Origin: Chiloscyllium plagiosum
Taxonomy: Eukaryota
Reading direction: 5' to 3'
DNA: 51,965 nucleotides
NCBI RefSeq assembly: GCF_004010195.1
Contig: NC_057751.1
Coordinates: forward strand, 15,546,241 to 15,598,205
Of the stretch, positions 1 to 11,509 are shown one piece after another (the first letter of the stretch is position 1; every line of letters begins with the position of its first letter). The translations under genes and the position numbers were made by a program. The notes beneath the pieces were generated by a model. That model made no database searches. It was not told where the DNA came from and saw only the letters and a program-made list of their open reading frames with translations.

Positions 1-134
1 CAGGCCTCGTGTGCTCGTGCCAGAATCCAATGACGTGGCCCAGCTCGTGCACGACAATCCCAAATTTGTCGCAGTTCTTCCCGATGGAGATGGCCTGGGG
101 TCCTCCACCTCTCCGACCCACATAGGAACAACAG
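1..134 (-). CDS. bmp1: bmp1 exon, astacin catalytic domain with zinc-binding motif (runs off the window start)
   Basis: Acceptor ctctacAG at 136-135. Translation (G)[44 protein letters not shown](D) contains HExxHxxGxxH. Phase 2 matches the upstream exon. Confidence 0.97.
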   Translation of the reverse strand, partial: MLFLCGSERWRTPGHLHREELRQIWDCRARAGPRHWILARAHEA

Positions 135-699
135 CTGTAGAGAAGCAAACCACACAGAGCCTTGTGAGAAATGGAAGGGGCCTTTCGTTTCTTGGTGGAC
201 CAACAATATCTCTGCCAATTCTGAACAGTCCTCACCCCACCATGTCCCTCACCCTCAGTGCTACCGCTACCATTTGGACGTGGGACATTGACACTGGGGA
301 GGGCAGATGGCTAGCATCATATGACTTCAACTTAAGATCAACCCCAAAATTTGTCCAATCGTCCTTTCCCAATCTATTAATACACTGCTCCCATGCTAAC
401 AGCACGGAAAAGAATTTAAGCAACAATTCTACTCCAACTCCCCATGCCCCCAGCATGACACAAAGCCCCACTTTTCAAGGAGCTGATAGGGGCTGAAGGA
501 AGTAGAGGCAAAGGGAGGGGAGGAAATGGGAAAAGAGGAGGAAATGGTTCAAATGACATTCTGAACAGAACATTTCCACTCCTATAGGCCCTGGCAGGTC
601 AGCATTTACATTTTGAGTCCTCCCTTGGCTGTTAAGATGTGAGGTGGGACTCTAATCCAGAGCTCAGGGCTCAGAGCCAGGAACATTACCTGGGTGCAC

Positions 700-898
700 G
701 TTTCTCCCCAGCTCACTCCCCTCCCATTTATTCCCAGCTCCCTCGTACACACTCCTCCGCCCCCACAATTCCTGATGAAGGGCTTATGGCTGAAACATCA
801 ATTTTTCCTGCTCCTTGGATGCTGCCAAACTTGCTGTGCTTTTCCAGCACCACACCTGTTGACTCTGATCTCCAGCATCAGCAGTCTGCACTTTCTTC
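700..898 (+). mobile_element. Penelope-like element pLTR fragment with degenerate hammerhead core
   Basis: CTGATGA-AGGGCTTATGGCT-GAAACATC at 772, followed by the ggatgctgcc...ctccagcatc..gcagtc tail shared with copies at 16600, 25090, 39800 and 44290. Confidence 0.75.
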
Positions 899-1254
899 CA
901 GCACACAACCTTCCCTAACAGGAAGTGGAAAGTGATCAAATTATCCCCTTGGTTTTGCAATGTTATTTGAGGGAGAAATATGAACAAATATAAATTGCCC
1001 TCCTTTGAAAAAAACAGGCACTTGGGGCTTCAGGTTAAGAAAGGGGGATTAATTTCAAGTTAGTGCTGGGCTGCTCAGGGGAGAGGAATCACTTCTTCAG
1101 ACATTGGGTAAATCTGGATCTCATTCTTCCCCGATAAAGAAAAAACTCTGGAGTAGTTTGTAAACTTCAAACCTGAGACTGAAAGATTTCAGTCGTATTT
1201 GTAATAGGGAGCCAAGTTAAGCAAACAGGGTTTGATAGAAAATTATCTGTTCAT

Positions 1255-1580
1255 GGAACAAGGGCATCTCTGGCAATGCTTGCATTTGTTGCCCATCCTT
1301 ACTTGCCCTTGAATGGCTTGCTAGGGCCATTTCAGAGGGCAGTTAAGAGTTATCCACATTGCAATGGATCTTACAGGCCAAACTGGGTAAGGATGGGAGA
1401 TTTCCCTCCATAAAGGACATTATGAAACCAAAACCATCGAAGTTAGCATTGTGGTTTCCAATTCCAGATTTTTATTAACTCAGTTAGAATTCTACCAGCT
1501 GCCATTGTGAGATTTGAACCCACATCCCCTGAGCACTAATCTGAGCTTTTGGATGACAAGTCCACTGGCTTCACCACTGT
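1255..1580 (-). mobile_element. tRNA-derived SINE, family B (tail shared with second LINE family)
   Basis: B-box-like gatttgaaccc and body gggcagttaagagt..ccacattgc..aaaggacatt..ccagatttttatt repeated at 6205, 11345, 25660, 27765 and 40650. Confidence 0.75.
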
Positions 1581-2709
1581 CACCTGGATACAGAGTAACA
1601 GCAGTGATCTGGTTTCACTGTGGGGAAAAAGCCCAAAGAGCACAGCGGCCTGTCCTTCTGCTCGATGTTCATGTGGTGAAGTGAGAGATTTTGCTGTTAC
1701 ATGCTCGCATGCCGCCTGTTATTATTTCCCCACAGCCGAAAGGGCCAACTGCTTGAAGGGTTTCACGCTGCTTGTGTCACGAGAATAAATCACATCTCAC
1801 ACTCCACATGACGGCTCTTGGTGATCTTCCATCACAAGGACTGCATTAGCCCCTCGCCTCGGGTACCTTAACAACAGGCCAAGAAGTTTGTTGACACCAG
1901 CTCTCATCGGCACAAGGCTACACACAACACTTCACATCTGTTCCTTCAGGAAACTGTTAAATCCCCTCTGACAAAGGTATTTGTTTCACTTCTGGGCCCC
2001 TATGGGATCCAGGTTCATGTTTACAATTGAAACTCTCCGACCTCAGTGTCCACAGAACGATTTGAGATTAGGTAAATATTTTACAGGGCATTGACTTGAC
2101 ATTAGGCTGATCTGACTGGCTGTGGGCATCAGCAAATTGTGGCAAAGCAGAGGAGAACTGTCCCCACAGAGAGCTGGCATAGGCATGGCTTCCTTCTGTG
2201 CTGAAACTGCCCTACTATCCTTAATCGTCAGTGAGTAGTCAGCTGCATCAGGGGTGCAGCTATGGGAGTCAGTAATACTGACACTGGAGCTGCCCGATGT
2301 CACAATATCCGAGTCAGTTCAAGACCTGTGATGGGGGTGGAGGCCAGAGCAACTGGTTGTAGAACACAGATTCGGGACCACTGCTGCCAGGATTGAACTG
2401 AATACTGTCTTGAAAGATAGATTCAGTTGTTACTTCCAGGGTGAATGGCCACCATCTTTGCTTTATGACTCTGACATTTAACCAAAAGTAGTGCATCTTT
2501 AAAGGTCACGATCTCTTGCTTTCAAGGGTCATGTCTGAAAACCCTTTACTGATCTGAGTTCTGTTGTCAATGAGTGTGGATCTACATCTTAACATTGCCA
2601 CTTCATTAAACGCGATTGTTTCATTCCAAGATGTCCACGTGGGGGCAATGAAAAATGTCACACTGACGAATTGAACGATGTTTGTAATGTGAGGCCAAAA
2701 CTCAATGAG

Positions 2710-3035
2710 TAGAAAGAATTGTACTCTGCATCTAACCCCAAGCTATAATTGCCCTGTGAATATTCGATGGAGACAGTGCAAAAAGAGCTTTACAATGTAT
2801 CAAAACCTTGAGCTGCATCTCTCCTGGGAGCGCTTGATGAGGGCAGCGTAGAAGGAGCTTCACACTGTATCGAACCCCAAACTGTACCTGGCCTGGGAGC
2901 ATTTGATGGGGAGAGTGTAGAGGGAACTTTAATCTACACCTAACCCTGTCTTGTTCCTGCTCTGGAGTGTTTGGCTGGGACAGTGCAGAGGGAGGGTTTC
3001 CTCTGTATCTAATTCCATGCTATACCTGTCCTGCA
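2710..3035. repeat. 69-bp tandem repeat, about 4.5 degenerate units
   Basis: Unit ~gggacagtgtagagggagctttactctgtatctaaccccgtgctgtacctgtcctgggagtgtttgatg. ctgggag recurs at 2824 and 2893. Confidence 0.9.
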
Positions 3036-3675
3036 AAACGCTGGTACTCAAGTTCTGAAATGCAAGTATTTAATTCCCAGCATTAATCATGCTTTTATTC
3101 GATGAACATCCATCACTTTTATGAGCAAAAACATCATTAAAATGTTGTTTTGATTGCCAAGCTATTTCCCGCTGTTGACACAGTGTTAACCCCCTGAGAA
3201 ATAAATTCTATTAGTCGTAAAACCTCATCTGTTCCTGTTAAACTCTTTCACGAAAATAAAAAAGGCAAAGGTTTAAAGCCCCATATTTTACTTTGTAATA
3301 TTCCCTTCCATCTTGTTGAATTTAATTGCTGTCCAGGAACATGCATATGCAATGATCCGTGTTCACAAACACATTACATTGAACCATAAGCACATAATGA
3401 GGCCTTTCTGCCCAATGTGTCCATGCCAGTTTATTCAGCAAGCTTCCAATTTGACCGATTCTCCCCTTTCCCTTTAACCCTGTGCAGTTTTCCTTTTACC
3501 ACCAATTCCTTTCGGCAAGTTACAATTGAATCTGTTTTCACCAGCTTTCCAGGGAATCCATTCACGACCATAATAACAAACACTCTCTACTCATCAGTCC
3601 CTCTGTTTCCACTGTCCTGAGTTATAGATGTTAAGTGCGTCGGTGTCAGAGGCATTGGTTCCTCACAGACACTTA

Positions 3676-3813
<138 letters not shown>

Positions 3814-3964
3814 CTATTCAAGCATTTCAGACAAGCCAAGCAGAAAGCATAAGGCAGCTTCAGGATGCACACCTGCAGTGAGCCATCCCATTCTAATCCC
3901 CGCTGGTGCCTGCAAAATGCTCTCCTCAACTCCTTACCCTCTTTCTGCCGATTCACTTCTCAAC

Positions 3965-4272
3965 GCGGCACGGTGGCACAGTGGTTAGCACTGCTGCCTC
4001 GCAGCGCCAGAGACCCGGGTCAATTCCCGACTCAGGCGACTAACTGTGTGGAGTTTGCACGTTCTCCCCGTGTCTGCGTGGGTTTCCTCCGGGTGCTCCG
4101 GTTTCCTCCCACAGTCCAAAGATGTGCAGGTCAGGTGAATTGGCCATGCTAAATTGCCCGTAGTGTTAGGTAAGGGGTAAACGTAAGGGTATGGGTGGGT
4201 TGCGCTTCGGCGGGGCGGTGTGGACTTGTTGGGCCGAAGGGCCTGTTTCCACATTGTAAGTAATCTAATCTA
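3965..4272 (+). mobile_element. HE1-type V-SINE, full length and young
   Basis: tRNA-like head gcggcacggtggcacagtggttagcactgctgcc, V-domain tgtgtggagtttgcacgttctccccgtgtctgcgtgggtttcctcc, CR1-like tail and (aatct)n end. Confidence 0.92.
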
Positions 4273-4774
4273 AAAACGCTGTGCATAGAATGAATGATAG
4301 CCAAAGTTGCAATCTCCTGCGAGACTGCAAGCATACCATAGGCACTTATCCAAGCAAGATTTACACTGACAGATTAGCTGTTTCTACGTCTTTTATGAAA
4401 TTAATTCCTGCTCTCTCGTTGCCTGCTTGCTTGACATCCCAATCTCCTAACCCAAATATTTTACTTGCTTTTTCAAACCCAGGGTCTAACCATTTGTTTA
4501 AGTAACTTTTAGTTGTCAGTACATTCAATACATAGGAACAGCTCAGTAAATCAAAGCCAACTTGCCAAACAATCAGCACCCTTTTCTTTTAGAGGCTAAA
4601 TTGGTGTGACTCTTTGACGTTTGGCAGTTTTTTCTTGTCCTGATGAGCGCAGGACAAAAAGACTCTTCAAGGATATTCAAAAATAGTTGTGCGTTCATCT
4701 TAATGAAGCCCAGTAAGCGGATTGGTCCAATTAAGGTAGGCTGGATCCCATTGAAGGAAAGGGATACCACTCAC

Positions 4775-4927
4775 CAGTGAAATTTCCTCCGATCACGTAA
4801 GGGATCACTCCCTCAGGCCAGACGCGTTCAGGGCGGGAGGTGGAAGCTCGGCGTGTTCGACTACGAGTCTCGTTCTTCCGGAACTTTCTGCCCCTTCTCT
4901 TGCCTCTTGCATTCCGCAGTCTATCAC
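4775..4927 (-). CDS. bmp1: bmp1 exon (153 nt), end of prodomain, furin site and start of mature protease
   Basis: cctgtgtAG|...|GTgagt, phase 1-1. Translation [52 protein letters not shown]. Confidence 0.95.
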
Positions 4928-5719
4928 CTACACAGGAGCAGGAGGAAGTCTGAGAACAGGCAATCGCACAATTTCCAACAAAAAGCAATCCTGTAGTTCA
5001 GGTTAGATATGAGAGCTGTGCGAAGCAATAGATTCAAACATGGTGTATCGTGGAGGCGAATTCTACTCAGTTCAGTCTCCAGATTTTGTTGAAAAGGGTC
5101 AGGAGAAGAGACAGACCTTTAAGGAAAATGTCTGCTCCAAAACGACAGCTGCCCAACAACACAGCAAGAAGACAGGAACACAGAATAGTTGCAGCACTGA
5201 CAGAGTCCATTGAGACTGTCAAACCCCATGCCAGCTCTCTGCAAAAACAACTGGACCTGTCCCACCACACTGAAGAATCAGAAGAAATTCTCCCCCTCCC
5301 TATAGTGAGTTCAAAAGCTGAGCGTCCACCAGCTCAGCCACTTGGCATGTTAAAGGTTCTTACGCAGATGTTCACGTGGCAGTGAAATCTGCCTGACTGT
5401 AATGGAAAGCTTTCAATAAAAGCTGTATTTAGCTTTCCCTCCCCATTTCCCATCACCAACGTCTCCACCCTCTGATCTCTGCTGGACAGATTAATTCTCA
5501 TTGAAAGAAGGCACCAGTTTAGATCCCCCATTCACATGTGCACTGGGTGAGTGCCAGCCAGAATCTAGCCTGAGGGGGCCAGGGTAGAGCCAGGACCCAC
5601 AAGTGTTCACTTCCTAAACAGCTGCACAGCAATCTGAAGCGGGATTCCTGCCCCATTTACATTCTCCAAATAACCCAATGGAGCTTTATTAATATGGCAG
5701 GGATAGTGTGCACTTTTAC

Positions 5720-5803
5720 CTCGTCGTGCCTTGCTGCTGAGTCGGCCCACTCTACTGTCCCTCGAGAGGCTTGTTTCGTTTGAGTGCCAATTGCTGAGCT
5801 GAT
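5720..5803 (-). CDS. bmp1: Predicted additional 84-nt prodomain exon of bmp1
   Basis: Strong acceptor ttcttttactttccccctcAG and donor GAG|GTaaaa. Phase 1-1 with open frame DQLSNWHSNETSLSRDSRVGRLSSKARR(G). CpG-rich like the neighbouring exon. Confidence 0.75.
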
Positions 5804-6034
5804 CTGAGGGGGAAAGTAAAAGAACTGTTCATTTTATTTTCGTCAGTTCAACAGGAATCACTGTCAGAATTTAAGGTGCTAAGTTTGTTTCCAAAATTAT
5901 TAATGTCATTATCACACAACTGTACAATAGACACATGCTGTCCAACTCCCCTGATTGACAGAAGTTTTATCCAATTGAATTGGCTTATGTTAAATCTAGG
6001 AAACGATGATTGAGGGTTGGAAATTTGTGTACTG

Positions 6035-6810
6035 AAAGTGTATGGATGCACAAGTGTATATGTGACAGATGAATATATTTGCATGTCTGTGTGTATTTAT
6101 AGCAGCTATGCATATGAAAGTACATGTGTGGTGTGTACATTCATGCATGCACATGTGCAGGAGTCCGTATGACTGTGTGTGCAACTGTATTTATTTACTT
6201 CATTCACGGGGTGAGTGCTTCGCTGGCATATTTTGCCCATCCCCAGGGGGCATGCAAGAGTCAACCACATTGCTGTGGGTTTGCAATCACACGTAGACCA
6301 GACCAGGTAAAGATGACAATTTCCATTCCAAAAGGACATTAGTGAACCAGACAGGGTTTTCCAAAAATCGACAATGGCTTCATGGTCATGATTAGACACT
6401 TAATTCCAGATTTTTATTGAATTCAAATTCCACCGTCTGCCATGGCTGAATTCAAACCCAGAACGTTGCCTGGATTAAGAGACCAGTGATAATACCACTA
6501 GGCCCCTGTCTCCCTCTGTTTGCGTGTAAGTAAATGAGTGTTTGTGACTTAATGTGCAACCATGCAGGCATCTGAATGTGTCAGAGTGAGTCTGTAGGAG
6601 TATATATGTGTGAGAGAATGAGTCTGTATCCGTAAGTATATTTATGTGAGTGTATGTGTGACAATGTGTACACATATGTGTACAAGTGTTTTGATCACAG
6701 AATCATTTTATTCTCATGTGTGCAAGCTACGGTGTATGCATTTCTGACAGTGTATGAAAATAAGTGGGTGTACTAATGTGTGTTGCAGCGTATGCAAGTG
6801 GGTATATGTG
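6035..6810. repeat. Degenerate TG/TA-rich low-complexity tract interrupted by a SINE
   Basis: gtgtatatgtg/tgtgtacat-type runs at 6035-6190 and 6515-6810. Confidence 0.75.
6205..6505 (-). mobile_element. tRNA-derived SINE, family B
   Basis: Collinear with the 1255-1580 copy and ends in ...ccagtgataataccactaggcc. Confidence 0.8.
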
Positions 6811-7491
6811 GCTAAGGCAGATCGAGGCACGATATTCCATGGATTCACACCACTTCGCCTCCACAGTGTTCAACAGCCAGTTCTGGAAGGAAGTGTAGAG
6901 AAGGTGAACATGTAGAACAGTACCTAATGATGGTCAGTGCCTTCAAGGTGAAATGGGCAGAAAAAAATCAGACTTCACTGTAATGATAAATAAAGTGGAA
7001 CAGAGGATAGACCACAAATTTTAAACAGAGAAAAGTCGGTTGGAAATTTTGCTTTTTAAACAAAATCCATGCTGAAATATATCGCAACAACTACTGACTG
7101 CAGTTTATACATGTGAAACAAAGAACTGGCCGACAGGTTATCACGATGACCCTGGATGTACTGAGATAATACAGATGGACCCAGTCACCTCTCTCATCTC
7201 TGAGTAAGTAATTTGCTGGTACAGTCCTCTAACACAAAGCTGGTGTTGTGTTACACCCCAATTGTATTTAATTTCAGTAAATTCAGGACCTTCAACTCTC
7301 ACTCTTAAAGCATTAGGATGCTTTACTTCTGAAACAAGTAAAGTCTGAGGTGCAAGGTACCGTCAAGTTGGTAAAGAGCAGGAAATAAAGGCAAGTCTAA
7401 ATTTTAAAAACATACAAGGTCAAGTGGAAGCTAAAGAGTTATAATTCATGGTGTCCTAATATGTTCTGCTTAAAATCAATGCAATTAGGGA

Positions 7492-7700
7492 ACTGTAGTG
7501 CAGTGGTAATATTACTTACTTCATAATTATGAAGCCTAGACTAACGTTCTGGAAACATAAGTTGATATTCAATCACTGTAGCTCAGCAATTTAAAGTTAA
7601 TGAACCAATCTCGACTAAAATGCCAGTCTCATTTCTCATGATCATGAAGCTACTGCATTGTCATAATTCACTTCAGGGGAGGAAATCTATCAATCTTACC
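7492..7700 (+). mobile_element. SINE family B-related 5' fragment
   Basis: gtagtgcagtggtaatattact...gcctagactaacgttctggaaacataagttg is a degenerate reverse complement of the family B head. Confidence 0.5.
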
Positions 7701-8084
7701 TGCTTTGGTCTACACTGTCTCCTGCCTCACAGCTCTCGATACTTGCCCAACCCCTGGAAATGCCTCTTGTGCCATTTGTTTGTACGGAGGTGCTTTAGAA
7801 AGGACCATGGCAATTGGAGCTACACCACATGGCCTCCAGGGATCCAAGGTGGCAGCTCACTACCCCTTTCACATGGGCGCTTTGGGATTGGTCATAACTG
7901 CTAGCCCAGACAGCAAGGCTTGCTTTGCAATAAATGCATTCAAAGAAAGGCTGCTACAGACTGAGGATCAGACATCTGGCTTATTCACAAAATAGTGGAT
8001 TCCTTTAACACCTTAGACTAATAAAAAAACACTACCATGCTCAGATTAAAAACTAACATCAGCTATCATTTATAGACGCACTGA

Positions 8085-8650
8085 GTTAGGATGTCATGTT
8101 GTGGCCATACAGGACATTGGTGAGGCATTCAATTCTGGGGGTCTCCATGCCATGGGAAAGATGTTGTGAAACTTGAGAGGGTTCAGAAAAGATTTACAAG
8201 GATATTGTCAGGGTTGAAGGGTTTAAGCTAAAGGGTGAGACTGAAATAGGCTGGGGCTTTTTTTCCCTGTTGCGCTGCAATCTGAGGGATGACCTTACGG
8301 AGGTTTCTTCAATCATGAGGGGCATGGATAGGGTAAAGAGCCAAGGTCTTTTTTCCAGGGTAGGGGAATCCAAAACTGGAGGGCATTGGTTTAAGGTGAG
8401 AGGGGGAAGATTTAAAATACACCTAAGGAGTAATGATTTTGCACAGAGGGTGGGGCATTTATGGAATGATGACAGAGGAGGTGGAGGACACTGGGAAAAT
8501 TACAACATTTAAGAGACATGAATAGGAAAGGTTGAGATGGACATATGCTAAATGTTGGCAAATGGGACTAGATTAATTTAGGATGTCTGGTTGGCATGAA
8601 CGAGTTAGACCGAACAGTCTGTTTATGTGATATACAACTCTTTGACTCTT
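8085..8650 (+). mobile_element. CR1/HER1-like LINE 3' fragment
   Basis: RT C-terminal remnant LRDDLTEV..IMRGMDRV...GHWFKVRGGRF and a 3' tail ending in ...actctttgactct. Confidence 0.9.
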
Positions 8651-8671
8651 TAAGAGGGCTGTACTGATTAC

Positions 8672-10695
8672 AGTCATAGAGATGTACAGCACAGAAACAG
8701 ACCCTTTGGTCCAACTCGTCCATGCAGACCAGATATCCCAACCCAATCTAGTCCCACCTGCCAGCACCCAGCCCACATAACTCCAAACCCTTCCTAATCG
8801 TATACCCATCCAGATGCCTTTTAAATGTTGCAATTGTACCAGCCTCCACCGCTTCCTCTGGCAGCTCATTGCACACACGTACCACCCTCTGCATGAAAAA
8901 GTTACCCTTAGGTCTCTTTTATATCTTTCCCCTCTCACCCTGAACCTATGCCCTCTACTTCTGGACTCCCCCACCTCAGGAAAGAGACTTTGTCTATTTA
9001 TCCTATCCATGCCCCTCATGATTTCTAAACCTCTATAAGGTCACCCCTCAGCCTCCGACGGTCCTGGGAAAATAGCCCCAGCCTGTCCAGCCTCTCCCTG
9101 CAGCTCAAACCCTCCAACCCTGGCAACATCCTTGTAAATCTTTTCTGAACCCTTTCAAGTTTCACAACATCTTCCCGATAGGAAGGAGACCAGAATTGCA
9201 CGCAATATTCCAAAAGTGGCCTAACCAATGTCCTGTACAGCTACAACATGACCTCCCAACTCCTGTACTCAATACTCTGACCAATAAAGGAAAGCATACC
9301 AAACACCTTCACTATCCTATCTACCTGACTCTACCTGCACCCCAAAGTCTCTTTGTTCAGCAATACTCCCTAGGACCTTACCATCAAGTAAAAAAGTCCT
9401 GCTAAGATTTGCTTTCCCAAAATGCAGCACCTCACATTTATCTAAATTAAAATCCATGGGAACCTTGTCGAACGCCTTACTGAAGTCCACAAAGATCACA
9501 TCCACCACTCTGCCCTCATCAATCCTCTTCGTTACTTCTTCAAAAAGCTCAATCAAGTTTGTGAGACATTATTCCCCATGCACAAAACCATGTTGACTAC
9601 CCCTATCCTTTCCAAATACATGTAAATCCTATCCCTCAGGATTCCCTCCAACAACTTGCCCACCACCAACGTCAGGCTCACTGGTTTAGAGTTCCCTGGC
9701 TTGTCCTTACCACTCTTCTTAAACAGAGTCCTATGACCACGTTAGCCAATCGCCAGTCTTCCGGCACCTCACCTGTGACTATTGATGATACAAATATCTC
9801 AGCAAGGGGCCCAGCAATCACTTTTCTGGCTTCCCACAGAGTTCTTGGGTACACCTGATCAGGTCCTGGAGATTTATCCACTTTTATGTGTTTCAAGATA
9901 TCCAGTACGTTCTCCTCTGTAATATGGACATTTTTCAAGCTGTCACCATCCATTTCCCTACATTCTATATCTTCCATGTTCTTTTCCACAGTTAACACTG
10001 ATGCAAAATACTCATTTAGTATCTCCCTGATCTCCTATGGCTCCACACAAAGGCCGCCTATTCTCTCCCTAGTTACCCTTTTGTCCTTAATCTACTTTTC
10101 ATCATTTATATGCATGATTTGGATGTGAGAATAAGAGGTATAGTTAGTAAGTTAGCACATGACACCAAAATTGGAGAATCTATTTGGATTCTCCTTAACT
10201 CTATTTGCCAAAGCTATCTCATGTCCCCTTTTTGCCGTCCTGATTTCCCTCTTAAATATATTCCTCCTGCCTTTATACTCTTCTCAGGATTCACTCGATC
10301 TATCTTGTCTATACCTGACATATGCTTCCTTCTTTCTCTTAACTAAACCCTCAATTTCTTTAGTCATCCAGCATTCCCCACAACTACCAGCCTTTCCTTT
10401 CACCCTAACAGGAACATACTGTCTGTGGATTCCTGTTATCTCATTTCTGAAGGCTTCCCATTTTCCAGCCATCCTTTTAACTGCAAACATCTGTGTTTGA
10501 AAGTTTTTGCCTAATACCATCAAAATTAGCCTTTCTCCGGTATAGAACTTCAACTTTTAGATCTGGTCTATCATTTTCTATCACTAATTTAAAACTAATA
10601 GAATTATGGTCGCTGGCCCTAAAGTGCTCCCCCACTGACACCTCAAACACCTGCCCTGCCTTATTTCCCAAGAGTAGGTCAAGTTTTGCATCTTC
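8672..10695 (-). mobile_element. CR1/HER1-like LINE, 5'-truncated, internally deleted and rearranged
   Basis: ORF2 remnants SDHNSI (APE end), KSPGPD.VYPR, VPEDWRLANV, DFSKAFDKVP, VRPLLEYCVQFWSP and LRGDLIEV, plus a ctctatgact tail. Confidence 0.95.
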
Positions 10696-11509
10696 TTAAG
10701 AAGTGTTAATTGAACAGTCCTACAGCCTGTGTTTCTCTGCTACTGCTCTGCAAATCTTTCTTTTTTAAATTAATTTGAGTAATACTTGAAATGTTGAGAT
10801 GGAATGCGTTTCCTCAACCCTTTCAGAGGGTGCATTCCCAGGTCACAACAACTTACATTTGAAAACATCTCTCAGTCTACTCTAAACTCTTCGGCCAGTT
10901 ATCATATAGCTGTTTCTCCAGGATATCAACTGCCCCACATCAGAGGGAATGGGATTCTCACTTAAACTGTTAACACCCTGCTGTATTCCTGTTCTGCAGT
11001 ATACATGAGAATAAAAATCTGAACCAAAAACTAAAATCATTTAATCAAAGTAACAAGGTTCATTTTACAGGCTTCCTGGTCAACAGGACTGCTGTCTGTG
11101 GCATCATCTTGAAAAGAAACAAGGTGTAAAGACTTCCAGTTCACTTGGCAAGCACCGTTCAGACAAATTTCCACTCAGCGGAACCTCAGAAAGGAAAATA
11201 AGCCTGGAGTTTTATGAACGGAATACTCTTAGCTCTGTTACAGGGCAGTCCTCAGCCTGACCATTCCATTTGCTCATCTTTGCCAGCAGCCACCCTTCTG
11301 GGCCACTGTCTCACAGGAAGGCTTCAACATATTTTTTCTTTATTCACGGCTTGTGGGTGTTGCTGCTCAGGTCAGCATTCACAGGCTCATCCCTAACTGC
11401 TCTTGAGTTGGTGGTGAACTGCCTTCCTGAATAAGACAGTGTGGCTCTCTTGGCTGTTTCAGCGGGCAGTCAAGAGTCAAGCACGTTGCTGTGGCCAGGA
11501 GTCACACGT

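Noticed and set aside
11..496. 161-aa plus-strand ORF
   Set aside because: Antisense shadow of the bmp1 catalytic exon running into intron, with no recognisable protein.
1950..1976. Plus-strand 27-nt micro-exon-like string (ttccttcAG..AAG|GTattt)
   Set aside because: No partner exons or plus-strand gene evidence, and such strings are expected by chance.
2710..3035. CRISPR-like array
   Set aside because: Contiguous degenerate units with no unique spacers, in a vertebrate context.
3965..4040. tRNA gene
   Set aside because: The A/B boxes continue into the V-SINE body in every copy, so these are SINE heads, not tRNAs.
4928..4951. Alternative upstream acceptor ctcAG at 4951-4950
   Set aside because: It would add 22 nt and shift the frame relative to the phase-1 upstream donor.
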